64,000 bases of DNA from the NCBI RefSeq assembly GCF_963921235.1, contig NC_086097.1, positions 99,512,001 through 99,576,000 on the forward strand, in the 5' to 3' direction. Both the position numbers and the translations under genes were made by a program. This document shows positions 50,338 through 62,511 of the stretch, piece by piece. Position 1 is the stretch's first letter. Every line of letters starts with the position of its first letter. This DNA comes from Mobula hypostoma. Taxonomy: Eukaryota. Under the pieces are notes generated by a model. That model saw only the letters and a list, made by a program, of their open reading frames with translations, had not been told where the DNA came from and ran no database searches.

Positions 50338-53300
50338 ATGCCAAGTTTGTAGATGATACAAAGATTGGTGGAGGGCAGGTAGTGTTGAGGAAATAGGTAG
50401 GTTGCAGAAGGAACTAGATAGATTAGGATAATAGACAAGAAAGTGGCAAGTGAAATAAGATGTTGGAAAATGCATGGTCACGCACTTTGGTAGTAGAAAT
50501 AAATGTGCAGACTATCTTCTAAACGGGGAAAAATCCCAAAATCTGAGAAGCAAAGGGACTTGGAGTCCTTGTGCAGAACACCTTAAAGGTTAACTTGCAG
50601 GTTGAGTCCGTGGTGAAGAAGGCAATTGCCATGTTAGCATCCATTTTTTTTGGTAATTTATTTTTTATTGAAGTTCATCATCAAACAAACATTTCCATAA
50701 GATGTATTTCAGATATTGTACATATATATCATATAATCATATTTGCCACAAATCTCCACATAATATTTATCTGATGTATACACTTATAGAAAGGAGAGGA
50801 AAGAAAGAACAAGCAAAAGGAGAAAACTATGTACAAGTAGGGAGTGATTTTTTTTTACAACATATTCATTAATTTGTGAGAATAAAATCAGGCCTATGAG
50901 GTGTTATGTAGTTGAACCATTCTTCCCAGTATGAATCAAATTGTTCCAATTTATGATTAACAGATGCTGTTATCTTCTCCATTTTGTAAATGTCCATTGT
51001 GATTTCCATCCATACATTTAAAGTTGGGCTCTCCTGTGATAACCATTTCCTAGTAAGGGTCTTTTTACCAGCCACCAGCAGTATATTCATTAAATATTTA
51101 TCTCTTTTCAACCATTCTTGAGGTATATACCCAAAATATCTGGGCTTACTTTCTAAGGGTATTTCACATTTAAAAATGTCTTGTAGGGCATTGTGTATCC
51201 CACTCCAACAGTCCTTGATAATGGGACAATCCCAGAAAATATGATAATAGTTTGCATTTTGATTTCCACAATTTCTCCAGTAAACAGGGAGGTTACTATC
51301 ATAACGGGATTTCTGAGAGGGTGTAATAAAACATCTTATCAAGTTTTTCCACCCGACTCCCTCCATTTCTGTGAACTGGTACAGTTCCATTGATACCTCC
51401 ATATTATTGTCCAGTCTTCCTCAGATATTATTATCCCTCCTTCCTTCTCCCTTTTTGTTTTAATGTATGAAGTCGAATGTGTCTTAAGATTTGACAAACC
51501 CTTATACATGCTTGAATGATTCTACTACTGTTATCTGAATTATATGCTTTTCTAAATAGCTCTATCAGACATATACTTGCCTTGATTACATTTTTAACTG
51601 TCCTATTAACATACTGTCACATCTGTAAATACCGGTAAAAGTCCTGTTTTTCTAATAAGTGTTTCTCTTTAAGCATTTCAAAACTGAACAGTGTTCCTTC
51701 TTTCATTTAGGAAGAGACTGTCAGCTCTCCGAAGACAGCCCTCTCCTCCTCCAGAAGAGCCATAAGATATGGCTAACTTTAAAAGTGCTGATAAACTAAA
51801 CGGAAGCAAAAATAGATGGTGATATACCTATCTCGAGAAATATGTGTTATAATGTGGATTTTATATTACTCAACTTTTTAAAATTCATTTATTCATTCCT
51901 TTTTCCCCACCTAAATGAGAATATATACATGGGAGGAATACACAGGGAAATCATTTCTGTGTAATGGACATAGTTTTTCTTTACTTACTTCTTTAGGTCC
52001 TGCAGCAGGGCCCTCAACCCACAGGTAGGAGGGGCTATCCCCCACAGCTAGATGTTTCTTCTAGCTCAACCCTTGGTCATCTAGAGACCCCAGCCTTGGA
52101 ACCACACCTTCCTTACCTTTCTTTTTAATTCACTTTTCTTGGTTCTTATTTGTTCAGGGAGTAGATCGATTAAGTTATATTCTGCAAATTTCAATGATAT
52201 ACTAACAGATAAATACACTTAGAGAGTAAGACCATATATTTTTGGTATATACCTCAAGAATGGTTGAAAAGAGATAAATATAAATATTTAATGAATGTAC
52301 TGCTGGTGGCTGGTAAAAAGACCATCTTCATAAAACACCCGCAGTTTAGCAGGGTACAGAGTTTGGAATCTAATCTTTTCTTCCTTTAATATTCACTTTA
52401 CTGCAGAGTGATCTTTAATATCTGTTCCATGTTTTGCACACGATCTTCCACCTTCTCAATTCGAGTCTTTGCCACATCTATTTTCTGATTGATGTTGGCG
52501 AGCTCTGACTTTATATCATTGAGTTGCTGTTTTATATCTTTTTGGACTTCCCTTATCTCTTCCAGAATTTTTATCATATTTGCCGCTTCGCCTGAACGAG
52601 GCCCATCGTCAGCCTCGCTAGCACACGCACGCGTAGGAGAGCCTCGCGCTGCACCTCTCTCGTCCATAGGCTCCGCAGTGATGCTTTTTTATCTCCATTA
52701 TTTTTCCCCATTCTTGCCCCCCTTATCAATTCAGTTATTTTCAAAAGATCTTATATTTGATGGATTAATGGGGCAATGTATGCATTTTTCCAGAGGAGCT
52801 ATTGATTTAAGCTGCCATTCTGGATGATGATGTCACCGGAACCCCCGTTAGCATCTGCTTCAAGAGGCCTTGAATTCAAGAGCAGGGCTGTGATGCTGAA
52901 GCTTTACAGGGCCCCGGTGAGGCCTCACCTTGAGTATTGTGGACAGTTTGGGGCTCCCCATCTAAGAAAAGATGTGTGGCATTGGAGAGGGTTCAGAGGA
53001 GGTTCACAAGGATGATTCTAGGAGTGAAAGGGTTATACAAAGAATGTTTGATGACTTTGGGTCTGTACACCCTAGAATTTAGAAGGATGAGGGGAGATCT
53101 TATTGAAACCTTTCAAAAGTTCAAAGACCCAGACAAAGTAGATCTGGGAAGCATATTTCCAATGGTGGGGGAGTCTAGGACAAGGGGCCATAGCCTCAGG
53201 ATAGAGGGGCATTCATTTAAAACAAAGATACAGGGAAATGTTATTAGCCAGAGGGTGGTGAATTTGTGGAATTTGTTAGCACAGGAAGCTGTGGAGGCCA

Positions 53301-53487
53301 GGCTATCGGCTGCCAGGCAGAAATTGATAAGTTCTTGACTGGACATGGCAAAAAAGGTTACTGGGAGAAGGCCGAAGAGTGGGTTGAGGAGGGGAAAAAA
53401 GGATCAACCATGATTGAATGGCGGTGCAAACCTGATGGCCAGATGGCCTAATTCTGCTCCTATGTCTTATGGTTTAATGGTCTTATA
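50338..53487 (+). mobile_element. CR1 LINE (50338-50643 plus 52847-53487) split by an L1
   Basis: KFVDDTKIG...ESVVKKA continues as RGLEFKSR...RPHLEYC after the insertion. Confidence 0.9.
50644..52846 (-). mobile_element. Internally deleted and rearranged L1-clade LINE with both termini
   Basis: 5' end GGGGGTTCCGG; ORF1 coiled coil 52398-52667; ORF2 C-terminus 50869-51402 (HIFWDCP); poly(A) at 50644. TSD GTTAGCATC at 50633-50641 and 52847-52855. Oppositely oriented segment at ~51709-52323. Confidence 0.88.
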
Positions 53488-53632
53488 ATGCCTCTGTATA
53501 ATCGTTCATGTATAATCCCTCATATATAATCACTCATCCATAAACCACGCAAATTCACCCATGTGTAACCCCTCATGTATAACACATCATACATAACCCC
53601 TCATATGTAATCCCTCATATGTAATCCCTCAT

Positions 53633-55216
53633 AGAAACAGAGAAACATAGAAAAACTACAGCATAATACAGGCCCTTTCAGTCCACAATGCTGTGCCGAA
53701 CATGTATTTACTTTAGAAATTACCTAGGGTTACCCATAGCCCTCTATTTTTCTGAGCTCCATATGATTCTGCCATCATATTTGACCTACCAAAATGTACC
53801 ACCTCAAACTTATCTGGGTTGAACTCTGCCACTTCTCAGCCCAGTTTTGCATCCCATCAATGTCCCGCTGTAACCTCTGACAGCCCTCCACACTATCCAC
53901 AACACCCCCAACCTTTGTGTCATCAGCAAATTTACTAACCCATTCCTCCACATCCTCATCCAGGTCATTTATAAAAATCACAAAGAGAAGGGGTCCCAGA
54001 ACAGATCCCTGAGGCACACCACTGGTCACCGGCCTCCATGCAGAATATGACCCATCTACAACCACTCTTTGCCTTCTGTGAGCAAGCTAATTCTGGATCC
54101 ACAAAGCAATGTCCCCTTGGATCCCATGCCTCCTTACTTTCTCAATAAACCTTGCATGGGGTACCTTATCAAATGCCTTGCTGAAATCCATATACACTAC
54201 ATCTATGGCTCTACCATCATCATTGTGTTTAATCACACCGTCAAAATATTCAATCAGGCTCGTAAGGCATGACCTGCCTTTGACAAAGCCATGCTGACTA
54301 TTCCTAATCATATTATGCCTCTCCAAATGTTCATAAATCCTGTCTCTCAGGATCTTCTCCATCAACTTACCGACCACTGAAGTAAGACTCACTGGTCTAT
54401 AAGTTCCTGGGCTATCTCTACTCCCTTTCTTAAACAACTCCTGCAACCCTCCAATCCTCCGGAACCTCCCCTGACCCCATTGATGATGCAAAGTTCATCT
54501 CCAGAGGCTCAGCAATCTTCTCCCTTGCCTCCCACAGTAGCCTGGGGTACTTCCCGTCTGGTTCTGGTGACTTATCAAATTTGATGCTTTCCAAAAGCTC
54601 CAGCACATCCTCTTTCTTAATGTCTACATGCTCAAGCTTTTCAGTCCCCTGCAAGTCATCCCAACAATCACCAAGATCCTTTTCCACAGTGAATATTGAA
54701 GCAGAGTATTCATTCAGTACCTCTGCCATCTCCTCCGGTTCCATACACACTTTTCCACTGTCACATTTGATTGGTCCTATTCTCTCACATCTTATCCACT
54801 TGCTCTTCACACACTTGTAGAATGCCTTGGGATTTTCTTTAATCCTGCTCGCCAAGGCCTTCTCATGGCCCCTTCTGGCTCTCTTAATTTCATTCTTAAA
54901 CTCCTTCCTGCTAGACTTATAATCTTCTAGATCTCTGTCATTACCTAGTTTTTGAACCTTTCATAAGCTTTTCTTTTCTTCTTGACTAGGTTTTCAACAG
55001 CCTTTGTACACCACGGTTCCTGTCCCCTACCATCCTTTCCCTGTCTCATTTGAACGTACCTATGCAGAACAGCACATAAATATCCCCTGAACATTTGCCA
55101 CATTTCTGCTGTACATTTTCCTGAGAACATCTGTTCCCAATTTATGCTTCCAAGTTCCTGCCTGATAGTTTCATATTTCCCCTTACTCCAATTAAACGCT
55201 TTCCTAACTTTCTGTT
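53633..55216 (-). mobile_element. CR1 LINE with internal deletions
   Basis: ORFs 53775-54065, 54087-54491, 54430-54855 and 54945-55223. The 3' tail is joined directly to the RT region near 53760. Confidence 0.92.
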
Positions 55217-55649
55217 CCCTCATGTGTAACCCCTCATGTATAATCCCTCATGTATTCCTCGTGTATAATCCCTCATGTGCAAACCCTCATTTAGGAATAC
55301 TCATCTAAAACCCCTCATGTATCCCTCATGTATAACCCATCATGTGTAAACCCTCATATAGGAATATTCATCTAAAACTCCTCATGTATAACTCCTCATG
55401 TAAAATCTTCCATATTATACCCCTCATACATAATCCCTCATATGTAATCCCAGATGTATAATTCCTCATCTATAATTCCTCATTTATCATTGCTCATCTA
55501 AAATCCCTCACGTATAACCCCTTGTGTATAATCTCTGATGTATAAACAGTCTTCACGAGAACAGGTGGAGGTGAGGTAAGTAGGTAAGTTTATTTCTTGT
55601 TTCTTTTTCATATTTAACTCTTGAAAGGAGGTAGAGGAAAGCCAGAGTT

Positions 55650-56426
55650 TAGGAGGGTTAATGGCACCTAACAGCAACTCCTTTGCATGCATCTTCGGAA
55701 ACAGCTCTATTTCCATCTTTAATATCTCTATTTTCCCCTTTCAGGATTCTTCTGAAGACCCTGACCTGGAGTTATATGCTGACTTTGGTTCTTTGCGGGA
55801 ATGGGACCGGTTCTCAGGGTTTCACAACTGGCTTGTCCTAAGGGTTCCGCTGACCTTCGGAGGCCTGGGAACTCGTGGCTCTGGAGACAGGGAATTGGAA
55901 GTCGGTGCCTCTGCAGGAGATCGGTGTGTCGTTAGAAACGGAAGATCCCTAGCTGTGTGCCCAGAGACCCGAGATTTTTGGGCACAGAGTTCGGAAAAGG
56001 CGACGCAACATCATAAACCAGCAAGTTGTTTGTTATGTCTCCCCTCTCGCTGTGAAACGGAGACATCTCCTTCTCCCTTATTAGGGATAGAGAGAGACTG
56101 TGGTATGTCGAATGCCGGGTGAACAATGTAGTCTTTGGGGTAACTGCAAGTCTGTGTCTTTACTGTTGCCTTGCCCACACTTGAGTGCTCGGTGGCAGGT
56201 GACGATGCCTTTTTTGCCGGTGAGGGGAGGGGGGATTGTTGCTCGCTGCCGCTTACGTGCAGGAGGGAGAGGCTGGGAGGGACTTCGGGGTTCTAACATT
56301 CAACTGTCGTTCATTCTTTGGGGCACTGCTCTATTTTGGCGAATGGTTGCGAAGAAAAAGCATTTCAGGATGTATAGTATACTGTATACATTTCTCTGAC
56401 ATTAAATGTACCTTTGAAACCTTTGA
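55650..56426 (+). mobile_element. Unclassified ~780-bp dispersed retro-repeat, most complete copy
   Basis: Homologous to 34891-35360 plus 42093-42430; ends in short (CTTTGAA) repeats; inserted in a CR1 5' UTR. Confidence 0.75.
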
Positions 56427-56775
56427 AAAGAGGGGGTATGTCTGCAGGGCCAGTGTTCTGTTCTGGTTTTCAGGTGTGGGATTTCCAGGAGACTTCCAGC
56501 CTCCCCAGTGGCCACATCTACTCCAGGGGCATCCAGAAGCAGCTCCTTAGAGACCATGTTAGGGAATTGGAGCTCCAGCTCGATGACCTTTGGTTTGTTA
56601 GGGAAAGTGAGGAGGTGATAGATGAGATACAGGGAGGTAGTCACCCCAAGGCTACAGGAGACAGATAAATTGTCAAGGGAAGGGGAAACATAAGATAGTG
56701 GAAAGCACCCCTGTGGCCATCCCCCTCAATAATAAGTACTCCATTTTGAGTACTGCTGGGGGGAAGCAACAGCGG
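56427..56775 (+). mobile_element. CR1 ORF1 5' remnant
   Basis: MSAGPVFCSGFQVW...QLLRDHVRELELQLDDL and ESTPVAIPLNNKYS, homologous to 35623-35950. Confidence 0.85.
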
Positions 56776-57175
56776 CCAGGCTATCCGATGGGATTTACCA
56801 GGCTATTCGATGGTATCCGATGGAATTTACCGGGCTATCCAATGAGATTTATCAGACTATCCGATGGGATTTACCAGGCTATCCGATGAGATTTACCAGA
56901 CTATCTGATGGAATTTACCGGGATATCCAATGGGATTTACCAGGCTATCCATTGGGATTTACCAGGCTATCCAATGGGATTTTCCAGACTATCCGATGGG
57001 ATTTAACAGGCTACCTGATGGGATTTACCAGGCTACCTGATGGGATTTACTAGGCTATCCATTGGGATTTACCAGGCTATCCAATGGGATTTTCCAGACT
57101 ATCCGATGGGATTTAACAGGCTACCTGATGGGATTTACCAGGCTACCTGATGGGATTTACTAGGCTATCCAATGG
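56776..57175. repeat. 22-bp minisatellite (CCAGGCTATCCGATGGGATTTA)n
   Basis: About 18 tandem units; a 110-bp five-unit block is duplicated (starts near 56944 and 57054). Confidence 0.93.
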
Positions 57176-57689
57176 GCACATGAAGGTGCACAGAATGGAG
57201 GCATATGGACATTATGTAGGTAGAAAGGATTAGTTTAGTTAGGCATTTAATTACTGGTTTAATTAGTTCAGTGAGCTGAAGGACCTGTTCCCATGCTGCA
57301 CTCAGAATTCGATGCTCTAAATACATTCAGGGGTGGGAAGGAATGAACATCACACAGAGGAGGGCTGGCAAAGAGATGGTGAGGGAAACCTGAAACTGCA
57401 TTTGCTGAACTGCTCTTCCATAGTGGGAAAAGGTGATGATGAATGTTTCTCTGGAAGGGCAGTCAGAGCGTGGTTCCCAGTGCCAGTGGTTATCCAGGTC
57501 ACGTGGTGGGAGGGTGGGGGGGGGCAAGAATCTAAGGGACGGGAGACTCAGCAGAGAGAAAATGGACAAACACTTCTGCGGACAAAGACACGATTCCAGG
57601 ATGGGGTGTCAGGGTCAAGAATGTCACAAGTGTCTAAGGTGCAAGGGTATACACCCAGAGGTTGTAGTTCACACTGGTACTAAACTGTC

Positions 57690-58245
57690 ATGAAATTTGT
57701 AGACACAGACGTAAAACTTACAAGTCACAAATTAAATAAATAGTACAAATACAAGTAATGGGGTGGTGTTCACGAGTTAATGGACTATTCAGAAATCCAG
57801 GGAAGAAGCTGTTCCTAAATTGTTGAGCGTGGGTCTTTAGTCTTCCTGATGGCAGTAACATGAAGAGGGCATGTCCCAGATGGTGAGCATCTTTAATGAT
57901 GGATGTCACCTTCTCGAGGCACCATTTCTTGAAGATGCCCTCTATGGCAGGAGGATTGTGTCAGTGATGGGGCTGGCTGACTCCACAACCCTCTGCAGCC
58001 TCTTGTGACCCTGGGCACTGAAGTCTCCATACCAGGCTGTGGTGCAGCCAATCAGAATATTCTCCATTGAACATCAGTAGAAATTTGCAAGAGTCTTTGG
58101 TGACAAATACTAAAATTCCTCAAACGCTGGTGGGCCTTCTTCATCACTAATGTGTTGGCCTGGGACAGATCCTCTGAGATGTTGATGCCCAGGAACTTGA
58201 AGCTGCTCATCCTTTCAACAGCTGATCCCTCAGAGGGATGGTGTG
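57690..58245 (-). mobile_element. Degenerate Rex1/Babar-type LINE 3' fragment
   Basis: SFKFLGINISEDLS...KKAHQRL and SIIKDAHHLGHALF..LPSGR..FRNSFFP. Confidence 0.8.
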
Positions 58246-59340
58246 TGCTCTCCAGATATAGCACATTTACTCGTTTGCACTTCCAGAACCCTGACACCAG
58301 GTGCATGAGATTATGTACAGTATATAAAAAAAATAAAATTCAGCATAATCTTTGGGGATCACAAATATTCAGAAAATCTCAGCTTCCTCTCAGATCCCGA
58401 GGCTCTCTTGGCCATACCTTGGCCAAAATCAGCACGTCAACTCTTGCAGTATCAAGAATCAGCATGTCAGCCTATGATTTTAGAATTGAGTACAGATGCT
58501 TTTATTACAATGCAGATGCCAGTGTACTAACTCATCTTCCCTGTGCAGGAATCTCACAGGAAGTGAAGGTGATGTAGCAGTTTTTCTCATTTCCGTGTAT
58601 GGGGGACTCAACTGTGTCATCAAGTGACAATGAGAGACACAAAGACGGCTCATGGCTTTTCAAGTATCTTTAACTTATTCCTGATCCAACTTTGTGTGAC
58701 ATGTGACAGAGTCCTTTCTTTGATAAGAGTGACCAGATTCCCAGAAACCAAGGCCATATACTGTGGAGATCAAGGTCATAATTCCACATGCCACCCAAAG
58801 TTCAGAAAAAAGTTACTGGATGATCTACCAGTGACAACCTGGCACTGCATCCCTGAAAGCTGTAGACCGAGTGACAGGCACAAGACCACAGAGAACTCTG
58901 AGGGTCTGTTTGATATCAGCATATCTGTACGCCCAATGTCCTGAGACTACAGCTTTCGATCACACATATGTCAAGCACGGTTTTGTGAACTTCAGGTGAC
59001 ATGGAACACCTCATGTAGATATATGGAACATACACTCATAGAAGGCGCTTGCATGGAAGACACTGGTGTTGAATTTTCTGTGCACATTTTCATGGAATAG
59101 ACATCCACTGAAAATGCTGGAAGCACCTCCCTCACAAGTGACAACCACTGACAAGACTGTGAAATCTTTAAAGCATTGTATAGGATCTTACAACCTACCC
59201 AGAGAGCTTGCTTCATTCTGAAGCAAAGTGGAGTTGACTATATCTTCTATATTCCTCAATATCCTGCAAAAAATATATCAAGACAGCTGGCAGGCGGTGT
59301 ACACTGCTGTCGAAAGGAAGGCCCCTGCACTCAAGCGATT

Positions 59341-59342
<2 letters not shown>

Positions 59343-59375
<33 letters not shown>
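59343..59375. repeat. (GA)n microsatellite
   Basis: About 16 GA units. Confidence 0.95.
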
Positions 59376-59378
<3 letters not shown>

Positions 59379-60392
59379 GTGAGTCTATTGGTCCCAGAGT
59401 CTGGGGAGCTCAGAGAGCGACACATAAGATTGTAACAGAAACAGTGAGCTGTTGCCCTTCCCTCTCAGTGTGGCAGGAGTGATATCTCTCTCTCTCCCTT
59501 GCTAGTGAGAGAGAGAGCCTGTCCGAGATGTCAAAGTGTTGGGATGGATAGTGGTTTCTAATGGACTCTAGATCGTGGTCTCTGGGCGCTTTGCTACTGC
59601 TTGCATGGTGGGGTTGAGGCTTTTGCTGGAGCAAGTGGGGAGAGGGGAGAGGGGTTTGGGGTTTTAATGTTTTCTGTCATTCATTCTTTGGGTTTTTTCT
59701 TTCTGTTTCGTGGATGTCTGTGAAGAGTAAGAATTTCAGGTTGTATACTGTATACATTCTCTGATATTAAGTTGAACCATTGAAGTGTGATGACAATAAT
59801 TAATATGCACTTGCAAATACAACCTATGCCAATTATAAAATTTGGCACATTTTTATATTTTAAAGAAAATAAACTCTGATTTATATTAAAGTATGTTTTT
59901 GAAACACCCTTGCAAATTCACTTCACTGTATGAAATCATCAAAATGAGAACTGTATTAAACTAGGTCATCTTAAACAGGAGCATAGTTGTAACCTATCTC
60001 AGTGCTGCACTAACATTATGGGTGACCAGTCAGTGAGTGTACACGAGTTACACCAGCAACTGCCTTAGTATCTACTCTATAAGCATGAAGACATGAAGGG
60101 AAGAATGAAGGCATTATATCCTCAAACAGCATCTACTTAACAATTCAATCATTTTGATTCTGTCTCTAGCTTACCTGGCAGCATGGGATGTCTCGGATTA
60201 ATCCTTCTGTCTGTGTAACCCTGGGTAGGAGAAACTAGCCAAGCTCCAGGGTTTCAACACAAGGATGCCCTTAACAATGGTGTTCACAATTTAAGATCAA
60301 CCCAACAGAATGGAAGATGACTCCAACCAACCCCAGTGGGTGTGCTTGGTTCACCTGATCCCTATCTCTGGGAACACGTACGACAAAACCCA

Positions 60393-61030
60393 GTTCAAAG
60401 TTCAAAGTAAATTTATTATCTAAGTACATATATGTCACCATGTACAACCCTGAGATTCATTTTCTTGTTGGCATGCTCAATAAATCCATAATAGAACAAT
60501 AACCACAATCATCATTACATGTCGTGTTGTATGATGTGGGTGACTATGGTCTTCCACCTGTCTTTGATCTGCTTATTCTTTTCTCTATCCATGACCATGA
60601 TTGTTCTTGGCAAATGTTTCTGCTGAAGTGGTTTGTCATTGCCTTCTTCTGGTCAGTGTCTTTGCAAGACCATTATCAATATTCTTCAGGGATTGTCTGC
60701 CTGTCGTCGGTGGTCACATAACCAGGACTTGTGATATGCACCAGCTGCTCATACCATCATCCACCACCCGCTCCCACGGCTTCACATGACCCTGCTACAC
60801 CTTGCCCAAGGGTGACCTGCAGGCTAGCGGAGGGAAGAAGCACCTCACACCTCCTTTGGTAGAGACGCATCTCCATTCCGCCAACCCATAATAACCATAA
60901 TCGAATCAATTAAAGACCACACCAACTTGGGCATTCAGTGTGCAAAAGACAACAAACTGTGCAAATATGAAAAGAAAGAAATAATAATAATTAATAAATA
61001 AGTAATAAATATCAAAAATATGAGGAACAT
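60393..61030 (-). mobile_element. Rex-type 3' UTR fragment interrupted by an RTE-related short element (~60511-60889)
   Basis: TTCAAAGTTCAAAGTAAATTTATTATC tail shared with 62512. The insert is flanked by AATAACCA(C/T)AATC duplications and carries a BovA/RTE-like GAAGGCAATGACAAACCACTTC motif on the minus strand. Confidence 0.7.
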
Positions 61031-61399
61031 TTCAATGATGATTAACATGGAATTGTTTCTCCTTACAGGATGTGTCCTCACAGTGCAGAATAAGGAATAT
61101 TGACCATAAAAGAGGCCCTTGAAAAGCAGCTCAGAAGGGCTGATCTCACTGGAATATTGATAAATGAATTTCAGCATTGATCTTGTTTATAAGGTGGTTA
61201 TAGCATTGACTTCAATGAACTGATTGATCTGTTAACTGCCTAACTGGATAAGGTGTTGATATCGTGATGTTGATAAGTCAGCAAACTGGAGGTTACGCCA
61301 TCCAATCTCTCCCAAAGGTTACCCAAGTTGTTGAGGATTGATTGATCATTTAGAACCAATAGTAACAATGATAAAAGTAGCCTTTCTCTTTAATGTTGG

Positions 61400-61690
61400 T
61401 TTAAGAACATCTCACGGGAGTCTATTCAGCCAACTGAGTCTGTGCCAGCTCTCAGTACAGCTCTACCAGTGCCAGTCCCTCACGTATTCCCACATTACCC
61501 GTTTCCTCACACATGCCCACCAGCCCAGCATTAGGGCCCATATACAGGAGATAATCAGCATATTTTTGGGATGTGGGAGGAAACCAGAGCACCTGGGGAA
61601 ACCAAACCATCACAGGGAGGATGTGCAAACTCCACAGAGGCATCAACCAAGACCAGGATTGAACCTGAGCTGCTGGAGCTGTGATAAGAA
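61400..61690 (-). mobile_element. HE1/V-SINE-like SINE
   Basis: TGTGGGAGGAAACCAGAGCACCTGGGGAAACC...TGTGCAAACTCCACA. Confidence 0.7.
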
Positions 61691-61829
61691 ATGGCAGGAA
61701 TGGGTAGTTCAGCCCCTCAGAATCAGAATCAGGTTTAATAGCACTGGCATATGTCGTGAAATTTGTTGTTATGCGGCAGCAGCACAATGCAATACATAAA
61801 ATTAATTATCATTAGGTATTGCGAAGTAC

Positions 61830-62175
61830 TGCTGCCTGAGCACTCTCTACCATTGAATAAGTCCATTGCAGATCCTACATCACCTTGTAATCCACCTGGC
61901 TGGACTACAACCCAACAGCATGAACACTGAATTCTCCATCTTGTGGTAACCTGCTCCCCCTCCTTCCCTCACTCCTCCTGATTTACTCAACTCCTCCGAC
62001 AGAAACCCAGTTTCGTTCCCCTCTCCCCCACTCATTCTGGTCACCCTCAACACACACTTCCTACTGTTCCCATCAGCATTCCCCTATCCCTTACTTGGTT
62101 CCATGTTCCACCTTCCTCTCCTAACAGATTCCAGTCCTGATAAAGGGTCTCAGCCTGACACATTGACTGCTTGAA
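61830..62175 (+). mobile_element. Penelope-like element 3' remnant with degenerate hammerhead
   Basis: HLAGLQPNSMNTEFS resembles a Penelope ORF C-terminus, followed by a pyrimidine tract and CAGTCCTGATAAAGGGTCTCAGCCTGACACATTGACTG. Confidence 0.65.
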
Positions 62176-62199
62176 GATCTTAAAGATCAGCTTTATTTA

Positions 62200-62510
62200 G
62201 ACTACAAGACCATAGGATATAGGAGCAGAATTAAGCTATTTGACTAATCGAATCTGCTCTGCCATTTCACCTTGACTGATGTATTTTCCCTCTCAGCCCC
62301 AATCTCCTGCCTTCTCCCTGTACTCCTTAATGCCCTGACTAATCAAGAAACTATCGACCTCTGTCTTGAATATAGCTAAGGACTTGGCCTCCACTGCCAT
62401 CTGTAGCAATGAATTCCACAGGGCACCATTCTCTGACTCAAGAAATTCCTCCTCATTTGTATTCTAAAAGGATGTCCCTCTATTAAAAGGCTCTGTCCTG
62501 TGGTCTTAAA
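62200..62510 (-). mobile_element. CR1 3' fragment
   Basis: GAAATTCCTCCTCAT...GGACTTGGCCTCCAC CR1 terminal motifs. Confidence 0.8.
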
Positions 62511-62511
62511 G

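Larger units (their letters stand above)
45770..55540. repeat. 14-bp satellite (CATGTATAATCCCT)n fragmented by transposon insertions
   Basis: Segments at ~45770-45970, 46284-46590, 47835-50337, 53490-53632 and 55217-55540. Confidence 0.95.

Noticed and set aside
56776..57175. CRISPR-like array
   Set aside because: Units are directly adjacent with no unique spacers, there are no cas genes, and the context is vertebrate.
58300..60390. Short ORFs in unique sequence as a neighbouring gene
   Set aside because: No recognisable homology and no consistent splice-bounded reading frame by eye.
62132..62169. Second functional hammerhead
   Set aside because: The core is mutated (CUGAUAA, GACA), so it is predicted to be inactive.
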